Positions 35,401 through 49,374 of a DNA stretch of 64,000 bases are shown piece by piece. Position numbers and translations under genes: made by a program. The notes beneath the pieces were generated by a model that saw only the letters and a list, made by a program, of their open reading frames with translations, was not told the DNA's origin and did not search any database. The number at the start of each line of letters is the position of its first letter. The first letter of the stretch is position 1. Source of the DNA: Tubulanus polymorphus (taxonomy: Eukaryota; Animalia; Nemertea); assembly GCF_964204645.1 (NCBI RefSeq), contig NC_134027.1:10262485-10326484 (forward strand). The letters run 5' to 3'.

Positions 35401-38400
35401 CCGGTTGGTGGTATACCTTTGCCTGGATTAGTAAGTAATTGCATATTTTTCATTTTCGTGTATTTTTTTCATTGGAGTTTTTAACTGTGTATGAAATTTG
35501 CGAATCTCTTTTTTTTCTGTTAGGTTGATAGAGTCAAAAATTTCTTCGTAAAACCGGATTCGATACCTGTGAGAAACGCTCCACCTCCAATACCTCCTAG
35601 ACTAACATCTCCAGCCGATTCTAAAAAAGCAGTTCCACAAAAAATGCCAGAACCAATTCCAACAACCCCCTCTGGTATGTATTTCTATAATATGCATGAT
35701 TTTACTTAGTAACAAATGCCTTTTAACTTATTTGCTACTATGGTATTAATTTGTCAAATCATTCGTATTAATTTTATGCATGTAGTTTGAGAATTGAATA
35801 TGATTAAGTTAGTGCTGCCAACTGTTCCTGATTTTCAGTGTTTGTTACTGTTTTATCCTGAAAAAATACTGATTTGATTTGTTTGATGATGCATACATGA
35901 AGATCTTACTGTTGATTACTGATTAATTGATTAATAGAGGTCTAATAGGTTCTATTAAGTTATTTTAAAGTAAGTTATGACGCCTGTTGTTTTTGAACTG
36001 CACTGGCTACATCCAGAAAAACTAGTTTTATTGGTTTTAAAGCGTTAAATGGTCATTCCCCTCTGTATATGAAAGAAATGCTGTCTTTTCATAGACCTTA
36101 GTCGATCTCTTAGATCTACAAGATTTTGCCTCGTGTACCTTTTACTTAATGAAATTTCTTACAATAAATGTGCTTTGCCTCAGGGCTGCTCCAATTTTAT
36201 GTAACAATGTACCTATTGATTTACTTAGCTGCATGGATATTGGTGAATCTAAGTCTCTGCTGTGAAAACTTAACTTTAAAAACAACATATCATTGATATG
36301 TGTTAGGATGATGTGTATGTTTTATGTACAGCTCTGCTAATATGCTCTACTATATATTATTATTATGACGGGCAAGGATATTTAGGGATACTTGATTATT
36401 AGTCAACGACTTGATCATTTTTCAGTTGCAGAAAACTTCGAGTACTGCACGATGTGCGGCACCGATACGGCGACGAAACGTTGCACCGAATGTGGCAACA
36501 GCAGATGCGACATTTGCGATGAACAGTGGCACAACCATTTCGTACGACGCGGTCACATACGAATCGATCTGTTTCCTCCGTTGACCGTGCACGATGCGAT
36601 TACGGTCATTCCAAGCATCAGATTGAATCTGGAGGATTCGCAAGAAAATTCACTGGTAAACTAACTGGATAGGGGCCTAAAACCTTGTGGTAACACAATA
36701 CCGGTACTGTTAAACATTTTGTGAAACGGACCGCTGCTCGCAGCGCTGTTCTCATACGGATATAGAATTGTGCTAGATATTCCATTAGCATTATTTATCC
36801 AAAACACTATGATCTACCGGTATGTGGGTAACACACAAAACCAAAATGTACTCTACCTTTATGGTAGATCTATTTTTAACGCTGTTCGACTTTTTAAGGA
36901 TATGTAACCTACTGGGTGTTATTACGGCAGGCTGACACATCTACAATTTAATATGCAAATATTCATAATACTTAATATACGTATCTTAGTACATGAAATA
37001 CTTGATGATAATGATAACCATGATAATGGTAATAACAATATGATATTACTAGATTTCTTGTGTTGCAAGATATATTAAGTATTATGAATATTCCCATAAT
37101 AGATTGTAGATATGTATCCTTATAATTTGTATGACTTAAATCAGGGAGACATATAGATTCAGTTCAAGATGCAATTCCTTGGTAATAAATTGATAAGTGT
37201 AGGTTGCTTCGGTTATCTGATCGACTATATTCATTTACTTCTGTAGGCTTTTCAATCAACTGGCTATCTTCAGAATCCGCAAAGCAAGCTACCGATGAGA
37301 AATCTCGAGGAAAACCATTCTGGCCCAAAAGCCACACCACCGCCACCTCCGGTAAAAGTGAGCGAGATGGAAAAGCATAACTTCATGAAACACCTGACGC
37401 GATGCTTCGTGCTGTTGTGCGAGAATACCACAGAATACGGCGACTATGAACAATTGCTAGACCAACTCGTCCAAGACCCATCGTACCAAGATAACCCAGA
37501 GTACACGAAAATGACCCGTCTAAAAGATGATTGCAAACGAAGAATTTACAAGCTGATGGAATCGTTCGAAAAAATGAAAAACGATTTCCAATCCAGAATG
37601 GAAATCGACAAAGAAGCAGATGACAGTACATACGTGAACATCCATTTTTCGAGGGATGAAAAAATGCCATATGCCCAGAAAAAGCAGGAATTCGATCGTC
37701 TGGTTAATGATAATGCCTTCTCTACCGAATTGATGCCAACCTTGTGTAAGTTATTGGATTATACGAAGGATGTCGTTAAAAATGCAATCGCGCAAGAGCT
37801 TCGTATTCACCTTCAAGAAGTTAACCGTAGGATTGACGAAGTTACCGATTCCGATGAGGCGGAGTTGAGGGGACTTCGACGAAAAAAAGATCGATTCGAA
37901 GCGGAGCTTAAAACGATTAGTGCAAAGAAAAAACGAAGTTTCGCAGCCCGGTTTTTCTCTCGAGATGAATCCGGTTCTAGCGATGAGTACTACGACGCAA
38001 AGGAGGATTTTCAAAATTCACCTAAACCTAAACCGAATCGTTCTTTACCGAATGAAAAAGTCGCTACGCCAAATCTACAAACGAATGATAAACCTCCTTC
38101 GAAGAGTGCCCCACAATTCGTGCGCACTAATAATATCAGTTTGGATTCGAAGAAAACATTTCATACGACTGCTGATCGAAATTCAGTTGCGAATGATTGC
38201 GAAGTGACTGATGGTATTACGCATGATGAGCCACCCATTGCAGTAGCTGAAGATTTTGTTTGGGAATGCGTCTATTGTACATTCCACAACTCCTCATCAA
38301 GTAATACCTGTGATATGTGTATGAAAACTAGTCCAAATCCTCGGCTCGTCAAACAACCAAAGCCGTCACCAGAATTGCACCATCAAAAGCGACAGCCCAA

Positions 38401-41400
38401 AATTCCAGTAAGCCTTATGTTACAATAGTTAAAAGCATTTGGTGATTGTCATCAGCCATAATTGATACACAATATCTAGTTGCGTTGTTTATGAATAATC
38501 ATTACGGTTTCACTAATTCTGAATGCAGGGAATGTTTCTATAGACCAGCTTTACTGTGACCCTCCTCTAACAAAGCAAATGAACCAACAATATGTTTACG
38601 AGGATTTGTTTTCATTCAAAGATTGTTTATATGACTGGCCTCAGTTTATCTAAACACTTCGCTCCAATCTGAGGAAGTCAATTCAATCGATCTTCAGTCT
38701 AAAAACTCCTTATGTTTCTTTATGATTTCAGTTAAAACTTGAGATTCCCAAACAGAACGAGCCTGAAAATAAAGCCGCCCAGCAGTTGCCAACTCCTTTT
38801 AGTGCTGGGAAACAGAAATTTCAGTATATGGAAAAAAGGCGCCAAGAAGAGGAGATTTATCGACAAGGGAAGGAGTTAGTACAGTGCCTTCGTGTAAGTT
38901 CGCGCTTTCTTCAATAAAGGGTTCTTACGGGTTTCCGAAAGTCTTGGAAAGTTTTTGAAAATGGGAAATGAAAATTTTCCTTCTATTTTGAATTTTAGGC
39001 TTTATGTCTAAATCTCTTACTACACATTGATAACAAACTTTATGAAGACACTCCGTCGATGGTATTGATAATTGGCTCTTATTTACTTAGAAAACCCCTA
39101 CGTTATCTGGTCTAGGTTGGCGATGTGTAACGTAGCGGTTTGGAAACTTAAAATCTGGTTATGCAAAAATCTTATTGACCCATGAGAACCCTCAGGCGCG
39201 TTGGAAGCAATTTTTCATTGCTGCGGCCAAATACCGATTTTGGACAGGTTCTAAATATTGCCGCAGCGAATTTACTTAATTTCTTCGAAGACGTGGTATT
39301 CAAAAAAAAAAAAGTCATTCAGTAGATTATTGCCACTGCTTTCGCCGCTGCAGTCGCTGCACTTCCAATGCCACTGACCCTGCAATGAGAATGTCATTGA
39401 CTAGACATGATAGTTTTAAGTTCTTTATACGGGTAGGTTATAGATTTCTGAAAATTGATGTATATCGTGTATATTGAGTTTGGTGAATATAGCTGAACCA
39501 TGTCATCACTATTAAACACCACTCCTATCAATCGGAATGTCATTGTTAAGATATTATGTGATGGTTCCTTTTCCAGAACTTTGAAGTCAACTCGAATCTA
39601 ACGATCTATGAGATCGAAACTCTTTTGGCGTGCGTCGCCGACGATGTCTCCCCCATCGAGATCCGCACGGAAATTTGGGAACAGATGCTCGAACTTCAGA
39701 TGCATCGAGTGAATTCTGTGAAGCATAATCTCGGAACGTTCACGAAAAACGAAATAAGAGATTATTTGATCAAAACGAAGAACGCTGACGAATCTGTTCA
39801 AATGTGTCTTGAGGAAAGAGGAAAACTGGTAATTTTCAATGTATCTATTCTTTAACACGTTTGCTGCCAGCTATGAATATACTCGTACTTTTAGTTCTGT
39901 CACCAGTGGCACTACGAATATGGTTGTAGCTGATTCTTCCTATCTACAGTTTGATATTTGCACTCCGGCACAGGTGAATGACACAGTTCCTGATTGGCTA
40001 GTACTTTGAACCAATTCTGCTTCATGCTCATCGGTCAATTTTGAGCAAAGGCTGACCATGTAACAGCTCCAGTACCAACCTACGAGTGTATTTATGGGCG
40101 ATTTGGGGCAGCACTGTATTATCAAGCCAGCAGCAAATGTGTTAAGACCTTGATTACTCACAAAAAATATTAAAAATACTCAGAAAATCAGACAAATTTC
40201 TGGTTCATCTATATATATATCAATAGCGGTAACAAGACAAATGAACTTGGCTGTTGCTGTATGTACAGTACCGGTAATGGTATCGATGATATTTTACACC
40301 TTACTTGAAATTGTAGATTGATATGATGAAAGGGCTGTTCAATCACATCACGGCAGAAAATATTATCCATGCAATAGAGGAAAGTTGCGGCGATGAAGAT
40401 CGACTGTTGGAAACATTGAGCGGCCAGTGTTTACAACCGCTCGACACGTACATATGGGGCCTGGATGAATCGAGTGCACCAATCATTGAACAAGCGCAAT
40501 TCATCGAATTCATCTTCGACAAACAACAACAAGTCGAGGTAAAGCATGATATAAAGATTGTTGTTAACCCGCGAAATGGCTGTTTGGCAAAAATGAAGGC
40601 TACGATTTCTCTTTGGAAATAAGCTAAAATATTTTAGAAAATAAGAATGATATCGCACTGACAACCTAGAAAAGGATTCCAATAGATAAAGTGTCAACAT
40701 TCAGCAATAGATCATGGGCATATTTATGTTTCTACGCTTGCTAGATGATGCAAAGTTTTTCTGTATAATTTTGAATATATATATAAACAAGAAAATTAAC
40801 TTTAATAAATTATTTGACGCCTGCGAAAAAATGTAGAATTTCTGGGATAAGCTAATGTGGAATTGCAAATTTGAAATCGAAGTTTTAAGAAATTTGGGGA
40901 ATTATGAGATTTGGCGATTGGGCAGATGATACAGTCTTCGACTGGTCTAATTAAAAAAAAAATTGTCAACTTGTGACCGACTTCGATTCACTTTTGCTCT
41001 AAGCTTGTCTGTTACTTCATTGCCTCCATGGTTGAAGAAAGAGCTCTTCTGATGTCTGCTTCATCATGACTTCGAGCATATCGTGTAGCCAGCCGGCCCG
41101 GTCCCGGGCCCGGTTGGGTTTGGCTGTCACTCGATATCCTAGACTTGAGTCTGGGTTGAAGTAGACATCGTCATTTAAATAACTTATTCATGTTATTCTG
41201 TATGAATTACCCATGTGTCTTGTATTTTGTATTTTCTTATTCTAAAATTTGTAACTTTATTGAAATTGGGAATTTCATCCCGGAATTTCAATGTAATAAG
41301 GATCAATAAAGTATTGAATTGAATTGTCACCTTATACACATGCCATCAGTGGACGCGGAGCCGTATATGACAGCTATGCTATCATAGATTGTTAATCTCA

Positions 41401-44400
41401 TGAAACCTGCATACCCCTAATATCGAACATATTTTCTAAAACATTTGAATATTGAAATTATTTGTTTACACGTTTTTATATAGACTGCTTGTAGCCGCCG
41501 ATGAAATTCACGCCGGCCCTACTCAGATCGTAGATAGCTTCGTCATTCCACTAGCATCCCCATGTCAGGGTCTGACTTTTATATCAGACTTCCAAATCGT
41601 GTATACATCCGCCATTTAACCGAATAATCCGATTTACTTATCATTTCTATTTATGCCTGCCGCTCCTGATATAATCATACATCCTTTACTATTACAATAC
41701 GTCTTATCATGATATTCAATGCAATATAACATTTCAACGTTCAAATAGAGGTCATTATATAATCACAGGGAGCCATTCTACATCTTTATCAATAATATTT
41801 TGCCAAATAGCTTGTATGTGTACACATAAACCTGTGACGTTTTGCACATCGATTTACGGTTGTCGTTTGTAAAATGACGCTGAATGGTTAACATTGTTTA
41901 GGTTTCATAATGGTAACGTTTTATAAGGCGTCAAAAAATATTTGAAAAAAAATTTTAATGCTGAACCAGGCAACTGGGACCTGTTAACGTAAGTAAAATA
42001 ATGAAGGAAAGGTTTTAACGGAAAAGTCTGCTATTGATATTCGTTGAAGCGACGGACGAGAGCCATACTCATTGAGAGCGATTTGAAAAGCTGGGGCCGT
42101 GCTGGTTTAGTCGTCAAGATTATAGATGACCATGCAGACGAGTTGTGTGAGAATGTTGAACTTTCCGATATCATCGACGCTGTTCGCAATTGCGGAGATG
42201 TCAACAGGTCATTAGATTACCTCAGTCAAGATTGTGAACTATGCTATAGCGCCTGCCCAATGAATAAGGTAGGTTGATAAAGACAGAATAGAATCACAAC
42301 TACCGTATATAACAATTCATCCTTGAAAATAGTATATTTCGATGCAATCGTTCACAGTTACTTCAGCTTCATCAGGTATGATGTATGAAATAAACTATGT
42401 TCAGAAGGGCATATAAGCCCACAGCAGAAATAAATAACTGCCAGTATTTGTGATATGAATACAAGATTGCAGATCAATAGGTGTGACAATAAGGCATTTT
42501 AGAATATATTGAGGGTAGATGAGGCATCACTAGCAAATAAATGTGAGTTTAGTTTAGGTTGGCATGATTTTATGTGTACGACCTCCCTGATTGAACATTC
42601 AAAATCACTATTTCCACAGTCCAAAATAGAAAAATAATGACAGGTTAAAATAAGTGTTTACATACTGATAAATGATCATGATTTGTGCAACTGAAACTAA
42701 ACTTCACATTTATTCGCTAGTGGTGCCTCATATATCCTCAATATATTCTAAAAAGGTTGACATTTCTCATTTTGGGTCATTGAACTGTGCGTTTTTGTAG
42801 AATTGTACAATGTAGTTTTACATTTCATTTAGATACGATCGTTAAGCTGCTGTGATTGCAAAATTTGTGCCAGCTGCATGCGACAGAATTTCGAACTGAA
42901 GATCAAAGAAGCCAGTATACGGGTCAATAAGCTCATGTGTCCTGTCTGTGAAAGTCCAGGCATGAATGACAAAACGACAGTTGAAAACTACTTCATGATG
43001 TTAGATCTCCTTGTAAGTAACGATATTTTGTTCGGGCATTTTGAACTGTCCCTACGACCCGTTGATTCCTTAAAAACTCCTTCTAGATGGAAAATGCTTT
43101 TAAAGGTGCTTGAAACTCCTTCAATTTGAGCAAAGTACCCAAAAACCCCTTTAATGCTCCTTCAATTTTGAGAAATAGGCTTAGAAATTTGTATCTAGTT
43201 TGTAGTTGTTAAGTAAACTACTCCTAAATCGGTACAGTTGGAAACAGGATTTTTTTTTCTTATTAGGTGGTTACCAAATTAGAAACCTTAGTTATCTTCA
43301 AAGCTATATTGACTACACTTGGTACACAGTCACTTCGCACTTACCGGGGTTGTAGCTCATTTTGATCCACATATCTAATTAATCTGTTGACCCTTCTAGG
43401 TGGTACTTCTACTAAATAACCTTATTTTATGACCGATTACGACCTTAATAGTACGGTCATTTAAATCAGCAAGACAGAAAATGCATTATCCGCTGCTTTG
43501 CGGCTATATTTTCCAATATAAGATTCGCAGAGCAACAACAGTACTTTTAATGTATGTGGATTTCTTGTACCTGGTAATACTGTTACTAGACTATACCCCA
43601 TTTCTTATTATGCACATATTTACAAATAGATTGTGTACCGGCATTTGTGAGTTTCGAATCTAACTTTTCAGCTTCAAAACTTATTACCTATCGATCTACA
43701 TCGCAAATTCCAAGATCGATTGACCGAATGGAACTTGATGAATGATCCCAATTTCCGCTGGTGTTCTCATGTGAGTTGCTATTCGTGCAAAAGCAGAGCG
43801 TGTTTAAACTCTGGCTTGAGCTACTAAAATGACATGTTTGTTTGATTGATATGTCTATCCTTTCTCGTGCATATCGTTTATAGTGCGTGACCGGGTTTCT
43901 GTACGTACATCCACAACAGCTCAAAATGACATGTCCAGAATGCCGAAAACATACATGTTTCGAATGCAAAAAACCGGTAACTTCTAAAAAAAAATTGCTT
44001 TAACAACTGTGAACCCAAGAAGTTGCAGGTGATATTGAGAAGTTCCACCAGTTTGTGTATCAATCGAAATAATTATGAAAGATGTATATGTGGATATGAA
44101 AATGAATTTTTGGTTGGTTTCTACGCAATAGGTGGTTTTTCTCAACACACAGTGAAATTAAAATTTTCATATTCCCAGTCACAATTTATCGTGTTCTCAG
44201 GGCCTAGTAGCTTAATTTGATTGATTCTTTTTAAGTGGGAAGATGCCCATGATGGTATAACGTGTGAGGCCTTCAGCGAATGGAAGTTGCTGAATGATCC
44301 AAAAACTCAAGGCATTGGACTCGCTAAATATTTGGCTGAAAATGGAATAGGTGAATTTTATCTCATCGCAGATGTATGCAATGAAATCAGGAAAGCTCTG

Positions 44401-47267
44401 AAACATTGAATGAAACGAATATGGCACCCTCGAGCTTAATAATACCCTATCATAGAATACGTAGTATTTTCTACCCTAAAGAGTCGCATGTATTTTGACC
44501 TTATTTTTAGATTGCCCAAATTGCAAGTTCCGATATGCGCTTGCCAAAGGTGGCTGTATGCACTTCAAATGCCAAAATCCGTCGAAAATGTGTGGCTTGG
44601 AGTTCTGCTGTGGTTGCAATAAATCTTTCGCAAGATCACAAGTAAGCACTTGATAGTTTGCATAGATTTGTGGAGCAGTTTAACAATTCGCTGGCTGAGA
44701 TTGGTTCAGATGTTTTGAAAATGCTGAATGAAATTGATGAAATAAATAGGGCTTATGTCAAAATGTTTTTCAGATAGTGTTTATGTCCTGAATCGAATGT
44801 TTTAAGTGAAATGATGCTTTTCGTTCTGTCACGAATTGACAGTAAACTAAAAATTCTGAATGGTAACAGGTTGATAATCACATCGATTTACTTTCAGGCA
44901 TGTACGTTCGGCAAGGAGCGTTGTAAAAATCTCGGCATGCACTGTCACCATCCACGGGACTGTTTATTCTATTTGAGAGACATGGAAATTGTTAAGCTGC
45001 AGGAATTATTAACAGTGAGTGTCCATTGTGAAAAAAAAACACTTTTCTTTAAAATTTTTTCCAGTATCGTGATATCCATACATCCCAAATACCTAATTCA
45101 TTCAGATACCATTTCCAGTATTTCAAGTTTAAAATGACAATCTATTCAGGCCAAAGATACCATTTTTTTATGGTTCTAGTACAGAGTAAAAGTGCCGTGT
45201 ATCATCTCTAACTTCCAGTGCGAAATTAATTTTGACTTATGATAGGAAATGACCACTCTGCAACAGTATTACTAGTAATAGACGCTTAGATAAGTGAAAG
45301 ACCTGTACTGTGGACCACGTGTAATGATATGGTTAATACAAATAGGCATAAACTAATTGATGAAAATAACAACAAACTGTATGCAGAGCTTATTTTCAAG
45401 AAAACTCTAGAAACTTTACCTGTAATATTATAGAATTATGAAATGTAACTTCAAGAATTATTTTGCAGAATAATGATGTTGCCTTTGAACGAGATGAAGT
45501 TGAGGCAGCAGCAGACGCCGACAAGGTCATTACTTGTCCGGTGATGGAGCAACATGAAGTGAACGTGCAAGGAGAGATCCAATTGAAGGATGAGCCGTGT
45601 GGCAAAGATATTCAGGATGCTGGCTTGTGCATGTTAGTATTAAGCACATGTCGTAATGCCGGAATCATTCAAAAAATGACAGAACGAGTCTAAATACGTA
45701 GATGAGACACACAGCCTTATTGGGTAGCATTGGAACCACTTACCAGAAAAAGGATTTCCCAAAATAATATTTGTATGGAAATTGTAGTGGTTCTAGTTGT
45801 CAGTACTGAGAAAAGAGTCTTCTATACATGTATATATATATGTATACGTATTGGACAATGCAAAAGAACTTTATTGAACTCTAAAATTTTACAATAAAAA
45901 CAAAACATTTGGGTAAATTTCAATAAAGCACAGACAGGTAAAGAAAATTACACAAGTATCATACAATACAAGTTAATGTAGTTATGATAAAATAAAAAAG
46001 TCAAACAAAGTACAAAATTATCAATGTTTCAAAGAGATGGCAGCACTGTAGCCTTCATGTATCACTCACAGGGCTCTGACCCGTGAAACCGGGATCTGAG
46101 GCCAAAGCCCCCTGAACCATCACAGCGAACGGGGAAAGCAGGTACATAGCAGGGCCCTCCAGTCAGACCCCTGGGTGATCGTTAACACAAAGACCCTGTT
46201 TCTCATGTCTGTTATGCGCTGGACCAAAAATCCTCTTCATGTATTTTTGGCTGGACCTAATTGCAGAAAAGATTATCAATTTTTCAAATGTAAAACGAAA
46301 AAACAAATCATGTTATTCTTTTAACAGAATACATGAATATTTGTATGTTTACCGAATGTGATATTTTCAGGGTACATTATAAAGAGTATCTGGTGAGTTT
46401 GATCAACAAAAAGAACCTTGATCCAGTCGATATTATGGCCAAGGATGAAATGTTGACCATTGTTAAACGTCACTATAAACAAGAATTATTGGAACTCGAA
46501 GGAGAAACTCATGCAGAGTTCATGGATAGACTCAAGCGGGTAATTAAATCATTTGAACATAGTAGCTTTTATACCTATTTTCTATTCTTATTGAATATAG
46601 TCAACAATCCAGCCTATTAGGTTTTCTATGAATAGGTAATCTATCTGTTTTCAAATATAACGATAGGTCATGCCCTATGCAGACAGTTCAAAGTTCACCA
46701 AATTTAATGTAATCCACAGTGTGGATTGTCTCTTGTGTATGTACGCATGAATATTTTTAGCTTTGAGAAAAGTATTTCTTCAGGGTTGATAGTTTGTAGA
46801 TCCTGAATTGGCATAAAACAAAACTAAATGCCATCTATAAGAGCCATTGAAAACAAAGGTCTAAACTTTGAATATGAAAACATTACCAAATTTTTGTCCT
46901 GACTTTTCGGAATATAAGAGCCATTGAGAAGGACGATCTGAATGTAGAATATAAAAATGCAACAAAATTTTTGTCCTGGCTTAAACAATTATAGTTCAAC
47001 AATTCCGATGTATTGATTGTATCATATAAGAATCTTAAACCTAAAGAGAAAATTTGATTGCTACTAGAAACACAGAATACTAGTTTCACTGGGAGAAACA
47101 ATTATGACACTCAAAATTTTCGGTTCTATGCTTAGAGTAATCATTTGTCAAAAGATCTATGTAAGGTGTGGTATGTTTGGAGTTTTATGTGGTATGTTTC
47201 GTATACTTTCTTTTGAACGTTTCAGTACATAACGACTGAAATACCGCTGGAGAGACGCAAGAACTGA
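32466..47267 (+). CDS. RNF31: E3 ubiquitin ligase RNF31/HOIP (LUBAC catalytic subunit)
   Basis: Exons 32466-32699, 33889-34041, 34656-34861, 35190-35430, 35524-35674, 36426-36655, 37247-38407, 38732-38893, 39577-39828, 40317-40538, 42050-42268, 42833-43012, 43672-43770, 43884-43976, 44236-44350, 44511-44641, 44898-45014, 45469-45632, 46371-46539, 47226-47267 (TGA). Domains: PUB ([23 protein letters not shown]), B-box-like finger, NZF ([14 protein letters not shown]), UBA-like region, RING1, IBR, RING2 ([20 protein letters not shown]) and LDD ([23 protein letters not shown]). The start codon is uncertain (32418, 32466 or 32496). Confidence 0.93.
32921..33556 (+). mobile_element. CR1/L2-clade LINE ORF2 fragment, internally deleted
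   Basis: [35 protein letters not shown] and [18 protein letters not shown] (start of RT), fused directly to a C-terminus-like [15 protein letters not shown]. Confidence 0.88.
34890..35000 (+). mobile_element. LINE ORF2 3'-terminal fragment
   Basis: [19 protein letters not shown] resembles the SFFPRTIxxWN terminal motif of CR1/L2/Jockey-group ORF2. Confidence 0.6.
36025..36370 (+). mobile_element. Degenerate L2-like LINE 3' end
   Basis: Broken reading frame with FKALNG.SP.Y, RSLRS, AAP.L.N..P.DL and KSLL, followed by a short (TAT)n tail. Confidence 0.55.
38917..39382. mobile_element. hAT-like MITE with a second MITE (39193-39376) nested in its right TIR
   Basis: Host: AAGGGTTCTTACGGG ... 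CCCATGAGAACCCT[insert]G. Insert: CAGGCGCGTTGGAAG ... CTTCCAATGCCACTG with 5-bp TSD ACCCT. Confidence 0.75.
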
Positions 47268-47777
47268 TTGTAAAGATCGTGAAAACGAACGATTGAAGAA
47301 CGATTATGATGGACCCATCGAATACATGACCTTCAACAAACAAACATGACCTTCCTCGCGCTGCGAATAATTGTTCATTATCATCCAAGCAAGACTTCAT
47401 CCAATTTTCCGTACCCGCGGTATCTAAACTCGAGTGAAATATATATTTGTAAGATGAATGTTAAATTGTACGTGGAAATATCAAAACAAAAGGCTGTTAA
47501 AATTATTTGCCTTTGTATTAGTAGGGAGAATTGTGGCTCACATGTTAACAAAGTCTGATTATTTGTAGTTCATTTGTAAGTGTTCGATCAATGTTATGTA
47601 CTGAGTACAATTTATCAATATACTTAATGTTTTAGGGCCTGTTGATTCGGTGCCACCACTTATACAGCTGTATATGAACTTTGATTATTTTCTTATGTGA
47701 GCTGCATAGAATATTTAGAATGTACTCACGTACTGATAAATGTAATATCAAAAATGCACATTCACAGAGTCCGATCA

Positions 47778-48238
47778 CAGGCGCGGATCCAGACTATCGT
47801 ACATGTAGCACGTGCGGTAGTTGCAGTTTGCAAATGCCCTTGAAAAATCTTTGTTTCGGGAAAAAAGTAAAAAGGGCACACAATTTGTGTGCCATAAAAA
47901 ATATTGCCTTTCTGTACTAGGCCTAAAGCAAAATGTGAATGAAAATGAATTGCCCAAATAAAAAAAGGCAATCTAAGGCATTTTCCTTTACTCATAAGGG
48001 CACTATTGAAAGAGACATTATTGTTGCTCTATAAATTTAATCGAAAAAGGGCAAATTTTGCCAAAAATCTAAAAAAGGCACAAGCAAATTGAATGTGAAG
48101 GCAAATTTAGTGGCATGATACCAATAAATGGCACTCAAACTCAAACTCGCTCGCTGGGCATTAATATTGTTCCTTTTCATAGTTGGTGCCCTTTTTCCAC
48201 TGTGCTGTAGTCACCGAATGGCCCTGGATCCGCACCTG
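47778..48238. mobile_element. hAT-like MITE with 5-bp TSD
   Basis: GATCA-CAGGCGCGGATCCAG ... CTGGATCCGCACCTG-GATCA. Confidence 0.8.
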
Positions 48239-49090
48239 GATCAGACAAATAAAATCCACTTGCCGGGGGGGGGGGGGCGTGGCAAACAACTCTGAAATTT
48301 ACTTGCTCCCTTAGGAATCCAATTGCCCTACACAGGCAGTCCTACTGTATCGATTGGGAAAAGTATTTGAAGCGTAAAATTGCATTAGCCCGGCAGACAA
48401 GTGATAATGATAACGTACTTGCCCTAATGAAAATAGACTTGTCCAGGGCAGTTGGACAAGTGCTCTGAGATCGGACCCTGCATTCATGATGAATACATGA
48501 AGATATGTATTTTATCCTCTGTATGTATTGGATTCTTGTTACAAACAACCTGCATACAGTAATTTATCTAATAACAGAAATTCTTTGACCTGATGATGAG
48601 ATCTAATTAAATTTCTATGCTGTATATAATATAGGCTTACTGTAGAACAAAATTATGATGTAGTTTTATTGCGATAATTGATGGAATTGCTGGACTGATA
48701 TTAATGGAGAAATACTGTTTCAGTAAGCCTACTGTGTATGAAAGGTGCTTGATTATATGAATAGATATCTGAAATTTAATCGATAAATGAATAAAGAAAT
48801 ACTGAATCAATAAGATGTAACCTTTACAGTGCGCTGTTTTCGTATTTTTATTCGGGTATTGATTGCCTAAACATTCTCCGATTAGCCTGAGGATTCTTGT
48901 TTTTAAGTTGGTGACCCTTACAAACCCAGTTCCAAGAAAGAAACAGCGGATTGATTTTGAATTAGGAAATCCAATTTCAGATATTTTGTTGGACGGTCGA
49001 ATCGACGGCATTTGAAGGTTACCGATCTTTCATCCAGCCGTTGCGATTCTGTGTTGTTGGCATTAGCCCTATGAGAGGGCATACCCGTCT

Positions 49091-49374
49091 CAGTGGCGGA
49101 TCCAAGGAAGTGCGCGGGGTCGCGCGATCCCCCTTTCGGCAAGTGACCATGGATTTTTATCCCCAAGATTTTTGTTTAGAAAATGGTGCAATTGTGAGCA
49201 TTTTTCATTCCATATTCAAACCAGGAAAATGCTTAGAATGCATCGAGATGCACTAATTTTTCAACATTTTCGTTGGGGGACCGCGTTGTCATTACGGACA
49301 ACAAAAGCATGTCATAAGTATTAGCGACGCAATATTCGCACCCTCACTTTTCCCAAAAGCTAGATCCGCCCCCG
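49091..49374. mobile_element. hAT-like MITE with 5-bp TSD
   Basis: CGTCT-CAGTGGCGGATCC ... TAGATCCGCCCCCG-CGTCT. Related ends near 11162, 53925 and 61654-61918. Confidence 0.75.
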
